Shown here: piece by piece, positions 42,554 through 56,880 of the stretch
Layout of the letters: every line of letters begins with the position of its first letter
How positions within the stretch are numbered: position 1 is the first letter of the stretch
Notes under the pieces: generated by a model
What the model was told of the DNA's origin: nothing
Seen by the model: only the letters and a program-made list of their open reading frames with translations
Database searches by the model: none
Program-made: the position numbers and the translations under genes
Assembly: GCF_009914755.1 (NCBI RefSeq)
Contig: NC_060948.1
Origin: the human T2T-CHM13v2.0 reference genome, Homo sapiens
Direction: 5' to 3' (one strand)
Length of the DNA: 64,000 nucleotides

Positions 42554-43320
42554 TGTTTTGGAACTGAACTGAGGTCTGCTCACCCAGTGCAGTAAGACCA
42601 GATGTATACAGTGAGGTTTGCAGTGGGAGAAAGGAGGGTGTTTATTTGCAGGGCACAAAACAAGGAGAATTGGGCAGCTCTTGATTAAACCCTGGCCTTC
42701 ATGATGGCTTCAAGGTATGAATTCTTTAATTCATGGAGGCAGAGGTTACAGGCAAAGTCATAAGTCAATGCATGGAGGTTATATATTGGTTTGACCTAAA
42801 ATGATGAGAAACCCCAAAGCAGAGGCCTATGGGTCTTAGGTGGATTTAAAGCCTCTCTGATTGTAATTCATGAGCAGGAAAAGCTTTGTCTTAAAATTTG
42901 GGATCAGCAGGAAAGACAGTTCATCCTAACCCAGGGCTGTGACACCCAGGCCCTTCGGGAAGAAATTGAGAACAAGGAATGGTGCTCAGAGTGTAACCCC
43001 CAGTTCCCCTTATTTGAAGTCTGGAGAGAGGGTGGTAGATCTATTGGGTGGGGGTCTGGGTTTCTGGAAACACAACTCAGAGACACATGCTAAGATGTTA
43101 TATTTAGTTCTTGTAGGGGAGCCAAGCATCTTGTGACTCTAACTTCTTCCTTGGCAATTGTTTTAAGCTACGATTACCTTCTTGCTTATCAGGCTGCTCA
43201 TTGACTTCTCAGAGCCAGCTAGATGCCTGGAATTTCCCTCCAAGGAACTCAAGATTTTCCTTCATTTCCATGTCTGGGGAATCCCACAGGCTCCAAAGAG
43301 AGGGGTCCTTACTCCATCTC
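42554..43320. mobile_element. ERV1-class (MER4-group) LTR, family uncertain
   Basis: gaactgaactgaggtctgctcacccagtgcagtaagaccaga...gggtgtttatttgcagggcac...caaggagaattgggcagctc. Confidence 0.55.
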
Positions 43321-43959
43321 AGGCTCTTCTCTTCTGTGTCTTTCTTGCTTGGTTGCAAAATCTGCAGAGAAGGAAGGTGGCAGGAGGAGAAGGTGCCACC
43401 CAGACACCCGAGACAGGCCAGCCACGAGACACCTGAGAAACATAGCAGAAGCTGCAGGCAACTGGCCATGGTGGCGTTGGAGTACAAAGTGCAGTTTGCA
43501 GGATTGAGTGTGGAGCACAAGTGTCCTACATAGAGGCGTATATACAAGCAAAGAAATTGCACGTTTGCAATACAAAACATTTTAAAATTTAGAGCAAGGG
43601 TTAAATTGATGTGACAGTGTGGTGAGCTCATGGAACACAAGTATTTGGTCAATCACTAGTCTAGGCATTGTCATGCAGGTATTTTCTAGATGAGATTAAT
43701 GCTGAAATCCATAGACTTTGAGTAAAGCAGATTGCCCACCATGAGGTATGTGGGCCTTGTCCAATCAGCTGAAGACCGAAGGACAAGAAAAGACTGTGGG
43801 CCCTGGAGGAGAAAGGAATTTTGCCTCCACACAGAGGACTTTGGGCTTGAGCTGCAGCATCAGTTTTTCCCTGGGTCTCCAGCCTGCTGCTGGTCTACCC
43901 TGCAGACATTGGACTTACCAAGTCTCTTTAATCACATAAGCCAGTTTCTTCAAAACTCT

Positions 43960-44356
43960 GTGTACATGTGTGTAAATAAATATATATGTGTGTGTGTATA
44001 AAATATGTATATGTGCATTTATGTGTATATATAGTATATGTGTGTATATATCATATATAGTATATATGTGTATGTATATGTAAATGTATGTAAGTGTATG
44101 TATATGTAAATATAAATATATGTATATACATGTATTTATATATTTATATGTATATATTTACATGCATATATATTTATATATACACAAAGACATATATACT
44201 TATTTATATACATATACACACAACACATATATATTTATATATGTAACTGTTTATATAGTTATACATATAAACATATATGTGTAAAATATGTATACTAGTA
44301 TAAACATTTGCATATGTATATGTATACTTATATAAAAGCATATATAACTATATATA
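43960..44356. repeat. (TA/TG/CA)n low-complexity tract
   Basis: Direct reading. Confidence 0.9.
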
Positions 44357-44385
44357 CAGTTGACCTTTGAACAACGCAGAGGTTA

Positions 44386-44717
<332 letters not shown>

Positions 44718-44819
44718 AAAAAATCCACCTGTAACTTTTGACTCCTCCACGACTTAACTACTAACAGCCTAATGTCCACCAGAAGATTTAATGGTAACAT
44801 AAACAGTTAATTTACATAA

Positions 44820-45172
<353 letters not shown>

Positions 45173-45849
45173 TAGGGAAAAGAAAATGTCATGTAAGGAA
45201 ATCATTAGGACGAGAAAATACATTTACTAGTTATTTATTTATGATGTTAGCAAGTATATTCTTTTTTTAAACTTTCATTTTCAATGGATCATCCTAAATG
45301 TTTACGTTCTTTTTGTCTTCACATGGAGGAGGAGGAGGAGGATGAAGCAGAGGGGTTGGTTTTGCTGTCTCAGGGATGGCAGAGGTGGAAGAAAATTCAC
45401 ATATAAGTTCAAACCTGTGTTGTTCAAGGGTCAACTACATGCACACACAAACACATTCTATTAGTTCTGTTTTATCCTGAGTAATACATCAGGCAACAGG
45501 TGCAATGCACATTAATAGAATAAATTCACATTTCCACTCACTGAGTATCCTTGCAAGTGGTGAAATTACACATTGCACAATTGTTGACCATGCCACATAG
45601 GACATGAACATTTATGTCTGTTATAAAACTTATGAGCAGAGAGTGCAAACTGTAAAATGAAACCATTTTCAGAGCTCTGAGTAGCTGGGTTATGCATGTA
45701 TATGGAAAACCTCACACTGTCAAAGTTAGTAGAAACCCAGGTAAGTAACCAAATGGTCTGAGCCACCAAAACTGTTCCAAATTGGAGGGCAGTTTGTGAT
45801 TGTAGTGATTCTTTTGTTGGTTGTCAACTTACAGGCCATGCCTTGTCTC

Positions 45850-45881
45850 TCTTTTTTTTTTCTTTCTTTTTTCTTTCTTTC

Positions 45882-45940
<59 letters not shown>

Positions 45941-46305
45941 CTTTCTTTCTTTCTTTTTCTTTCTTTCTTCTTTCTTTCTCTCTCTCTCTTTCTTTCCTTC
46001 CTTCCTTCTTTCTTTTTTTCTTTCAGACAGGGTCTTTCTCTGTCTCCCAGGCTAGAGCACAGTTGTGCAATCATAGCTCACTGCTGCCTTGACCTCCTGG
46101 GATCAAGTGATTCTCCCACCTCAGCCTCCCAGGTAGCTGGGAACACAGGTGTGCACCACCACGCCAGGCTAATTTTTTGATTTTTTATAGACAAGGTGTC
46201 TTGCCATGTTGCCCAGACTGATCTTTAAACTCTTAGGCTCAAGCTATCCTTCCACCCCAGCCTCCCAAAATGCTAGAACTACAGGCATGAGCAATCATGT
46301 CTGGT
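45850..46305 (-). mobile_element. AluJ-like element with (TTTC)n expanded tail
   Basis: (tttc)n 45850-46024, then agacagggtct...atcatagctcactgc; flanked by tgccttgtc. Confidence 0.92.
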
Positions 46306-46799
46306 CTTGCCTTGTCCTTTGAAAAGAAGGAGGAGGCTTCAGGCAAGAAGAAACAGAATAACATAAGATATACAAAACGCAACTGAAAATAGGTTATAAG
46401 GAATACAGATTATAAATGAGTGATAGAAAACCAGGGTGATATGATAGTGAGGGCTGACAATGAAATTACATGGATGTACACAGATGGTGATGTGTCTGTA
46501 CTTTCTGGCAGTCTAAATAAAGAAAGAACATAGTCCTTGACAGTTTTCAATATTAAACAGAAGAAAGAGTGGTGCTATTTAAGAAGCAAACCCTTTTTTG
46601 ATTCTGGACTCCCATTTTCTTGGGACTTCCTATATATAGAGGAGAGATATATAAAGTGGACACAGCCTTTCCAGGTATTTCAGGATCTGACTCAGTAATC
46701 AATTTCACAAGGATGTTTATCAATGCATCATTTGACAGCAGTTGCTGGCAGCTCTTGAAACACAAATACCAAGGCATGGCAGTAATAATCAAATTATCT

Positions 46800-47035
46800 A
46801 CAGCCTGGGTGACAGAGCGGGACTCTGTCTCAAAAAAAAAAAAAATAGCTAGTCTGATTGGAATAAGAAGATATGTAATTATGGTTTCAATTTGCTTTTC
46901 TCTGATGATTGGTCATGTTGAGCAAATTTTCATATGCTTGTTGGCAGTTTATATGTCTTCTTTTGAAGATTGTGTGTTCATGATTTTTGCGCATATTTTA
47001 ATACGGTTATACGCTTTTTTTTGGTTGTTGTTATG
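46800..47035. mobile_element. Alu 3' stub (+) abutting an antisense L1 fragment
   Basis: cagcctgggtgacagagcgggactctgtctc-poly(A), then atggtttcaatttgcttttctctgatgatt...atgtcttcttttgaaga. Confidence 0.8.
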
Positions 47036-48033
47036 AGTCACTACCAAGTATAATATATATTTAACCTTTCTAAAGTGTGTTTTATCATTGAACCTGTTTT
47101 GAAAGAACCATCCTGTGAGGTTAGGATTCTGTGGACTACCTACTCATGGAGCGAAATTCTGTCCCAGAGTGTGCAGGAAGTTTTTTCATCCTGGAAAAAT
47201 ATACATAGGCAGTAATGAAAAACCTGCCGCATTATTGCTAATAATAATGATAAGTATTATTAGTATTATCATTACTTTATGTTACAGGATATGTATTCAT
47301 GAAGTACTGGTTGTCTACCAAGTCAAACCTTCTCAGTCTTTGTTCTTTCCCCAGTCAGGCTTCACCAGAATTCCAGGGAATCCAGGCTGGCTGAACTCAC
47401 TCAATTCTTGGAAGAATTCCTTCAGCTTTCCAGCACTCAGTATCACAAGAGAGAAAGAGCCATCGTTCACCCATAGAGCACGGAAGGAGATGGAGAAATG
47501 GCTTCCTTTCTCATCTCCCTGGTGCAGCCTTACAGTTATCCTAAAATCCTCACAAGGCTTCCAGGGTCAAATGTCAGTTGCCACTTTGGCGGCAAACCCA
47601 ATCATAAATCCTCAAATGGGCTTTTTCTCTTTTCCTGTTTCACGTCCTTCCCTCCACTTCCTGAGCTCTTGCTCCAGGGAAGGAATGGGCTCCAATTCCA
47701 AATAAATAATTGCACAGAAACCTCAGTCTCCTCTTCTGCCCTGAGTGCTTCTGTGAGTATAGGTTACCTACAAGATGAATTCTTGGAGACATTAAAAACA
47801 AACAAAAAAGAATGCACAGTGTTCTTGGAAACCAGTTCATTGTATTTCTGTAACATCTACAAAATAACATCATCTTTATTCTTAAAATAATAATTCATAG
47901 GACCTTTCTGGCTGTTTCTTAACTAGTCTGAGATGAAAATTATAGAAAGAAAAATAGCAACTAGATGTATTCCGGTTAAACATTTGAATTGTGAGAAGAA
48001 AGAAAAATGCCTTAGAAATACCTGTCAGAAAAG

Positions 48034-48205
48034 TGCACACACACACACGCACATACACACACACACACACAAACACAAACACACACAAACACACACATGC
48101 ACCTAGACATACACATACGCACATACACACATGCACATACACGCACACACACACATACACATGTACACACGGGCACACGCACACACACATGCACATACAC
48201 ACACA
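48034..48205. repeat. Degenerate (CA)n microsatellite
   Basis: Direct reading. Confidence 0.95.
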
Positions 48206-48279
48206 GTATCAAACTGATGAGGGGCTAATACCTAAACGATACAAAGTATGCCTATTTTTTAAAAATAATCTTTCTACCC

Positions 48280-48590
<311 letters not shown>

Positions 48591-48689
48591 TGAAAATAAA
48601 ATCCAAGAAGAAAGGAAAAATGGGTAGGAATAATAATTCTCAGAAGAAGAAACTCGAATAGTTTGAATGCATATAGCAGACAGGGTGTT

Positions 48690-49775
48690 CTCTCCCGTCC
48701 TAAAGATGTCGTGTCCTACTTCCCAGAACCTATACATGTGTTATGCACCATGGCAGTAGGAAATTCAGGTTGTAGATGGAATTAAATTTTCTCTCATCAG
48801 TTGATCTTAAAATAAGGGGAGTATCCTGAGTAACACAGGTGGTCCCTTGTGACCACTAAGGTCTTTAAAAGATTGTAGGGAGGGAGAACTAGAGAGGTGG
48901 CAACTTGAGAAAGACTAGACCCGGTGGCTGTGGCTGGCTTTGCAGATGGAGAAAGGGGCCATGAGTCAAGAAACGTTGGTAGCTCCCATTAAACCAAAAG
49001 TAACTGAGAGAGATTTCAATCAGTTCAGAAAGTTTATTTTGCCAAGGTTAAGGGTGTGCCCATGACACACCCTCAGGAGGTCCTGATGACATCTGCCTAA
49101 GCTGGCTGGAGTACAGCTTGGTTTTATGTATTTTAGGGAGACATGACACATCAATCAATACATGTGGGATGTATATTTGTTTGGTCCAGAAAAGCAGGAC
49201 AACTCAAAGTGGCAGGCAGAGGGGCTTCCAATTGGTTGAAAGAGTTATTATCAGTAGAAAGGAATATCTGGGTTATGATAAGGGTTGTAGAGACCAAGGT
49301 TTTATGATGAAGATGAAGCATCCAGGTAGCAGGCTCCAGAGAGAATAGATTGTAAATGTTTCTTATCAGAGTTAGAGAGTCTGTTCTATCAGTGATTCCA
49401 AAAGGGAGGAGGGCATGATGAGGCATGTCCAGCTTCCACTTCCCATCATGGCCTGAACCAGTTTTTCAGGTTAACTTTGGAGAGCCCTTGGCTGAGAGGA
49501 GGGGTCCGTTCAGATAACCGGGGGGCAGGGAGTGGGGGGTGGGGAGGAAGCATTAGAATTTTATTTTTAGTTGACACTCCTAAAAGCTGGAAATGGCAAG
49601 AAAATAGATTGTCCCTGTATAGAGCCACCAGAAGGAATGGGGTCCTACCAATACATCAGTTTTATCCCAGGGAGACTCATTTTGGACTCTGACTTTCAGA
49701 TCTGGAAGATACTCAATGTGTGTTGTTTTAAACCACTGAACTTGTGAGAGTGCATTGTAGCATCCCTAGAAAACT
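48690..49775 (+). mobile_element. MLT1D/E-like LTR interrupted by a MER4A/B-like LTR (~48988-49576)
   Basis: MLT1 motifs on both sides; insert has aaagtttattttgccaaggttaagg...cctcaggaggtcctgatgacat...ttttatttttagttgaca. Confidence 0.7.
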
Positions 49776-50166
49776 CATTCAATGAGTACGAGGAGATGCC
49801 AAAATCAAAATGTAGTGAGAAATAAAAATGAAGATAATAAGATATCACTTTATACAATTAGAGGAGAGGGAGGAGGAATAAGAAGACAGAGAGAAAGAGG
49901 AAAAACATGTTTTGTTGCATTTTTTCAGGCAGTGTTATTATCAAGTCAGTGTTTTTCCTGTTCTATAGGAGTACATGTTAATAAGGCAGCCTGTTATTGA
50001 AACATGGTACGGAAAAGGCCAGTTTCAGTCTTGCAAATGGATGAGAGAAAGCCTGGAATATTCCTGGCTGGTTTATCAACCTACTGTCCTCAAATGGGGC
50101 ACTGAACTATTTGACTAAAATGTTCTCATTTTATCACCCTACAGACCCATGTGACAGTAGCCACAG

Positions 50167-50904
50167 GAGACTCACACACTCATCATCCTGCTGTTCAAAT
50201 TTCCCTACAAGACAAATGCCCCTGGGCCCTTTGCACCTTCTGGCCTCTCTGCTTGGAAGCTTCTTTCTCCAAATACTGAATGATTTATTCGAAAACCACC
50301 TCCTCAGAATGACTCTTCATCTCCCTTTCCAAAATTACCTTCTCCTTCCTCTTTGCCCTGATTCAGTTTTGGAAACAGTTCCTATGTGAATTGAGTGTTT
50401 ATTGTACTGTGTCTGACTCTCTGTCTAGAACGTGAACTCAGTGGAAACTTCAATGTTCCTACTCATGGCCCTGTCTAGGGTTAGGGGTAGAGGTAGAGTT
50501 AGGGTTAGGGTTAGGGTTAGGATTAGGCATCCTGGAGCCATCAATAGCTATTGAATGAATGAAAGAGCATGGCCAGGTCTACATTAAGCAGTGAGGAGGA
50601 CAGCAAGAGCCATCAGGCTGTCATAAGAAAAGAGTAGAAGCATACCTATTACCAGTGGAAAATCAGAGTTAGGGGACACTACCTGGGTCTCTCAGATTCT
50701 GAGACACCTGCCTACATCGTAAACCTCCTTCCTTGAGTGGTTCTGGACCCCAACTACACAGTGAAGTTACCTGTGATGGCCTTTAAGGTGACTTTGGAAG
50801 TCACCTATGAGCATCCAGAAATACCTGAGCCAATGGTTCTGCCTATAGGCATTGAACTTCGTCGATCCTGGGTGTAGTCTGGATTCTGGGTGTGCAAATG
50901 TTCC
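50167..50904 (+). repeat. Left arm of inverted duplication B
   Basis: gactcacacactcatcatcctgctg ... ctgggtgtagtctggattctgggtgtgcaaatgttc; reverse complement found at 51843-52940. Confidence 0.9.
50476..50527 (+). repeat. Short interstitial telomere-like (TTAGGG)n tract
   Basis: tagggttaggggtagaggtagagttagggttagggttagggttaggattagg. Confidence 0.85.
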
Positions 50905-51842
50905 ATGGCCAAAGGTCCATGGCCAAATCTACATCCTATATGTCTGTGGTCTTGGGATACTTAGAAGTCTTCTATACCTATTTTTCAAAGAGTTGTTTTA
51001 ATAGAGAGGCAGCATACCTCCAGCCTTCTCTTTCTCTTTTCCCCACACTATTTCTCAGTAGAAGATTTGATGTCTACTGCCAATTGGAAAACACTCACTT
51101 GGCACATTGCACATCCTTTCCCCTATGTAATTCTATATGCGAGACACAATGTTCCTTCTTGTATCCCTTCAACTTCCCCCCTGGTCTTCAAATTGCATCA
51201 TACATTGTGTGCTGGCACTACCTACCTTTGTTATGGGTCTACACTTTTGTTCTCATGGCGTCTCTTGGGGAATTCCATGAGTTCCTACACTGCTTCTGAG
51301 AATGAATGACAGGCATTCCTTAGGGTCAAAAAATATTGGCCATTTTCTTTGGGAGCTAAAAGGAAAATATTGCCCACTCAATCACTTTCTCTTTATTACT
51401 TTCCATTTCTATTCTTTATGATACTCTTGGAAAATTAAAATATGGCCAGTTCCAATTATGGCTGAACACATGGCCAAAAAAAGAAGACTTAGCCTCAAAG
51501 AAAAGAAAACTGTGGCATTTTTCTCCCCGTAGAGAACTATATTTATGTCATAAATATAAATGGATAGTACAATGACTCTCAAATCCTAAGGGATAGACAC
51601 CCATGTGTAGACACATGTTTAGTCTAAATCAAGTTTAAAATTGGGTTTGATTTACTCTTCTGAAGAAAATATGACCTTCTTTATAAGAAAGATTGGCAAA
51701 TTCAGGATCTCCCATTTTCCCTGACCCATGACATCGTCTGCCTCCCACATCCCAAACCAATTTGATGTTCACTACACATTTGTTTCTCTCTTGGGGTCTA
51801 GGCATCATCATATCCATTTACAGGTTGTTAGACTCACAAGAA

Positions 51843-52940
51843 GAACATTTGCACTCCCAGAATTCAGACTACACCCAGTTCCAGTGAAGTCAAATCTATG
51901 TAGTTAGAACCATAGGTGCAGGTGTTTTTGGTAGCTCACAGGTGACTTCAAAAGTCACCTTAATGGCCATCACAGGTGGCTTCACTGTGTATCTGGAGCC
52001 AAAACCACTCATGGAAGAAGTCTGATATGGTTTGGTTGTGTCCTCACCCAAGTCTTATCTTGAATTCCCAGGTGTTGTGGGAGGGGACCAGTGGGAGGTA
52101 ATTGAATCATGGGGACAGGTCTTTCTTATGCTGTTCTTGTGATGGTGAATAAGTCTCATGAGATCTGATGGTTTTATAAAGGGGAGTTTCCCTGCACAAG
52201 TTCTCTCTTTGCCTGTTGCCATCCATGAAAGACATGACTTGCTCCTCCTTGCTTTCTGCCATGATTCTGAGGCCTCCCCAGCCAAGTGGAACTGCAAGTC
52301 TATTAAACCTCTTTCCTTTGTAAATTTCCCAGTCTCAGCCATATCTTTGTCAACAGTGTGAAAACAGACTAATACAATGTCTCACCATGCAGTCAGGTGT
52401 CTCAGAATCAGAGAGACCCATGGAGAGCTCCTAACTGATTTTCACTCACAATAGGTGTGCTTCTACTCTTTCCCTATGACAGCTTGATGGCTCTTGCTGA
52501 CTTCCTCACTGCTTAAGAAGATATTATGTCCCTGTCCAGAAGTTGACCCTATAAACATAGACCTGGCCATGGTCATTCATTCAATAGCTATTGATGGCTC
52601 CAGATTGCCTAATCCTAACCCTAACCCTAGACAGGGCCATGAGTGAGAATGTTGAAGCTGCCATGCAGCTCACATTCTAGTGAGAGAGTCATATGCAGTA
52701 AAATCAACACCAAAGTCACATAAGAACTGTTTCCAAAAGTGAATCAGAGCAAAAGGAAAGGAGAAGGTGATTATGGAAAGGGGTAGGTGAAAAGCCACTC
52801 TGAGGAGGTGGTGTTGAAATAAATCATTCAATATTTCGAGTTGGAAGCTTCCAAGCAGAGGGGCTAGCAGGGGCAAGGAGCCTGGGGTTAAATTTGTCAT
52901 TCAGGGAAGGTTGAGCAGCAGGATGATGAGTGTGTGAGTC
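51843..52940 (-). repeat. Right arm of inverted duplication B, containing a THE1 insertion
   Basis: gaacatttgcactcccagaattcagactacacccag ... cagcaggatgatgagtgtgtgagtc. Confidence 0.9.
52023..52376 (+). mobile_element. THE1B/C-like solo LTR
   Basis: tgatatggtttggttgtgtcctcaccca...aaacagactaataca; TSD aagtc/atgtc. Confidence 0.92.
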
Positions 52941-53270
52941 TGTGACTGCAGTCACAAATTATCACCGATGCCACAGCTTAAAACAACACCCATTTATTCT
53001 GTTACAGTTTTGAACATCAGAATAAAATAAAGATGTCTGCAGAGCTGTGTTTCTTCTGAGTATTTTAGGAGAAAAACAATTTATTTCTGTTTCTGGCTTT
53101 TAGAGGCTGCCTGCATTTCTTGGCTCATGGAATCTTCCTGTATCTTCAGATTACATCATGCCAACCTCTGCTTCCTGCAGCCTGTGTCTTTTCTGTAGCT
53201 TTGACTCTTCCACTTCCCTTTTGTAAGGTTCTCTGTGATGATAGCAGACCCACCTGGATAAGGCAGGTGT
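52941..53270 (-). mobile_element. MLT1C-like fragment
   Basis: gcttaaaacaacacccatttatt...gcttttagaggctgcctgcatttcttggctcatgg. Confidence 0.65.
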
Positions 53271-53534
53271 TCTGAACCTCTCCAAGCTATACCTGATGAG
53301 CAGAGATGACAGAGTGGCTTGAAAAATGTTTAGGAATGTCTACAACTGGTTGAATGTAAACCAAGACTGACAAATACCTGTCCAAATCAAACAATGTGCT
53401 GATATATTCAGCTCCAATCAGCTGAGGTGTAGGCACCAACACTCATCCCAATCTGGTCTCCCTGGATAGCCACAGTGTGGAGTGCTCCATTTTGAAGGCA
53501 TATAGTAGAGTGAATGCTGCTATAAGAAACTGTA

Positions 53535-54115
53535 TCCCAGTCAATTCAGACTTCTGCAACAAAATACCTTAGATTGCATGGCTTACAAACAGCAGACATT
53601 GATTTCCCATAGTCCTGGGGCTGGGAGTCTAATATCAAGGAATGGCAGATTCAGTTTCTAGTGAAGACTCGCAACCTGGTCTCATCCAGATACTCCTGGC
53701 ACTGAGTGCTTGAATTTGAAGAAATATAGAAAAGCGAAGGTTGGTGTAAGGAACCGTATTCTAGTCCACTCAGACTTCTTTAGCAAAATACCATAGCCTG
53801 GGGGACTCACAAACAGCAGGCATTTACTTTTTTTACTTCTGGAAGCTGGGAGTCCAAGCTCAAGGTGGGGCACATTCAGTGTCTTGTTAGGACCCACTTC
53901 CTGGATTAAGATGGAGCCTTCTCGCTGTGTCCTTATATGGTGGAAGGGGCGAGGGAACTCTGAGGTCCTTTTTCTAAGGGCACTGATCCCATTCATCAGG
54001 CTCCACCTTATGACCTCAACACCTCCCAAAGCCCCTACCTCCCAACAACATCACCTTTCAGGTGAGGATTTCAGTATATGAGTTTGGGGTGGGACATACA
54101 CATGCAGACCATAGC
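53535..54115 (-). mobile_element. MLT1A-like LTR plus a partial second copy
   Basis: caaaatacc...acaaacagcag.catt occurs at ~53560 and ~53785; ends catgcagaccatagca. Confidence 0.7.
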
Positions 54116-55139
54116 AGACTCATAAACTCAACATGCATGAGTGCATATTTATTCTAAACCAAATTAAGAGACAGGAAGCACGATAATTTTTGTGTGTATG
54201 CCATTTAAGATTTGAAGGGCTGCTGTGTAGTTGAAATATCACAGACATTCTACAGGGTCCCTAGGGATGTACCTGTGATCCATGAAACTTACCTAAAGGG
54301 GGATTTTTGTCTCCCAAAAAGGAAAACCCACACTATATAGCTGGTGGAATGTGGAACAAACCTACACTAAATGAATTGAAATATCATGCCTATTGCTGGA
54401 GGCTGGGCAGGCCTTCGCAAGGGTGTTGCAAGTTTAACTTAGTCATCAATTGGGCTATACAACTACATGGCAATTATATAACCAGACAGGAAACTGCAGC
54501 CATTGAATTTTATTTCTTTTGAAAACATACTGATATCTGTTACCTTAATTATTCTTAAAAATGAGTTAAGCTCATTAGCTATTGTTTCCTGCTTTTTATA
54601 GCCTTCCTAATGAATAAGGTGGATGCAACTTCAGATCTTCTGACCTATTGTGGATCTGTTCATTCTCCTTCTATCAAGGTTACACTCTATTATTGCTACT
54701 GTATCTTTGTTTGCAATTAATTTGGCCACCCAGCTTATATGCTTGGACTATTGTTTCCATGTGTGGACAATATGCAAAGTGTATCTGTCTTCCTGCAAAA
54801 CAACAAAAAAAATGATATCATTTTCCAAGTGTCTCATAGGTGTTCACAGCCAGCGGCAATGTTTCTGTAGGAACATCTTACTTGCATTTTATTCCCTTAA
54901 CAATCATGATATGTTTAGTCTCTCTAGCAAGCTGCTACATAACAGCAACAGGCTGTGAGTCACTTAGGAATATAGGGGATTCTGCTAAGTAAACAAAATC
55001 AGCTCCTTTTTGTTACTTCTTCATAACAGGTATGGAAACTGTGGGTGGTTCATTTAGAACAAAGGTCTCATATTTAAAGATTTGAATTCAAGGGCACTAG
55101 TGCTTTTTCCTAGGACAGACACAAGGTAGGAGATAAAAT

Positions 55140-55430
55140 TATTTTATTTTATTTATTTTATTTTGAGACAGGGTGTTGCTCTATTGCCCAGGCTGGAATG
55201 CAGTTGTCTGATCCACCTCCTGAGCTCAAGTGATCCTCCCACCTTAGCCTCCCGAGTAGCTGGAACTACAGGTGCGCACTACAACACCAGCTAATTTTTT
55301 TGTATTTTTTGTAGAGACAGGAGTCTCATCATGTTGCCCACCTGGTCTTGAAATCCTGGGCTCAAGTGCTCCTCCTGCCTTGGCCTCCCCAAGTGTTGGG
55401 ATCACAGGCGTGAGCCACCGCGCCCAACCT
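55140..55430 (-). mobile_element. AluJ-like element with a small internal deletion
   Basis: (tttta)n-gagacagggtgttgctctattgcccaggctgg...acaggcgtgagccaccgcgccc. Confidence 0.92.
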
Positions 55431-55849
55431 GAAAAGCTCTCATATTTTAAGACTCTAATTCATGTGTATTTACTGCTTTTTTCTAGGACAAACAGAGAGT
55501 AGGAGGTCAAATTATGTTGTTCAATTCAGGTATTTTTAAAATGTATCCACTTACATAGTCTAACTTGCAGTAAGCATCTTAATAAACCATTTTAATGAAA
55601 GGATGGTGGAAGGTAAAGTCCCTAAACTGGAGCTGATGATCATGAGATATACGTTGTGATAATTGTGGTGATACAATTAGACGGGGAATACATAACCCAA
55701 TTGGAGCCAGTCAGGGCAGGGGGTTGGGGTAGCTCCCTGCAGGCAAGACTCCAGGTAATGGCTAGATGTGAGAGACCAGGATCCCACTGGCTAGGAGAAA
55801 GCAGCAGGAGCCAGAGGATGCGGGGAACACAACAGGTATTCTGTGTCTT

Positions 55850-56880
55850 CTCCCCACCTTCCCCACTAAAAAAATTCCATGTCCACTCGAAACTTTGAAA
55901 TAGGACCTTATTTGGAAATTCAGTCTTTGTAAATGTAATTAGTATGGGATGTCAAGATGAAGTCATGCTGGATTCAGGACCCTAAATGCAATGACAGGTG
56001 TACTTGTAAGAGACAGAAGCGGAGACACAGACACAGAGGAGAAGGCCACCTGGAAACAGAGGCAGAGACTGGAGTGATGCAGCCACAAGCCTAGGGACAC
56101 CTGGAAACCCCAGGACCTGGGAGAGGCAGGAAGGATCCTCCCCTAGAGCCTCCAGAGGGAACTAAGAACACCTGTAGTGGCTTAAACTGTGCCACAAGCC
56201 CAGGGGTTCCTGGAGCCTCTAAGATCTGGAAGAGGCAGGACGGATGCTCTTCCTAGAGCCTCCAGAAGGAACTGAGTACAACTGTAGTCGATTGAACCAT
56301 AGTCTCCCAAAAAGATATGTCCACATCCTGACCCCAGAACATGTGAATGGGACCTTATTTGGAAACACGGCATTTGGAGATAGAACCAAGTCAAGAATCT
56401 CAAGGTGAGATCATCCTGGAATAGGTTGGGCCCTAAATGCAATGTCAGGTGTCCTTCTATGAGACATAAGAAGAGACACAGATACAGAGGAGAGGTTCAC
56501 AGGGATATTTAGGCAGGGACTGCAATGATTCACCTAAGGTCCAGGAATGCCAAGGATTGCTGCTGGCTACTGGAAGCTAGGGAGAGGCCAACAAGAGAAC
56601 TAGGAGATCAAAAATAACTTACTTTTACATTTAAAAATAACTAAAAGAGTATAATTGGATTATTGGCAACACAAAGGGTAAATGCTTGAGGGGCTGGATA
56701 CCCCATTCTCTGTGATGTGATTGTTATGTATTGCATGCCTGTATCAAAACATTACAGATATCCCATAAACATATACACCTCCTATGTACCCACAAAAATT
56801 ATCAATAACAAATTCTGAAAAAAACAGAACTGGGAGTTAATACATTTATGTTGCTTTCAGCCACCCAGTAGGAGGTAATT
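55850..56880 (+). mobile_element. MLT1C-like LTR with internal duplications, interrupted by an L1MA 3' fragment (~56605-56825); remainder resumes after the ASS1 pseudogene (~58767-58807)
   Basis: ggaccttatttggaaa...ccctaaatgcaatg...gagacacagacacagagg repeated; L1 tail ggataccccattctctgtgatgtg...tatgtacccacaaaaatt. Confidence 0.65.

Noticed and set aside
47115-47890. 196-aa and 130-aa ORFs in non-repeat DNA
   Set aside because: The longer one has a non-ATG start; no recognisable domain or exon context; consistent with chance.
50476-52630. Telomere fusion site
   Set aside because: Tracts are only a few units long, 2 kb apart, explained by the inverted duplication, and lack subtelomeric repeats.
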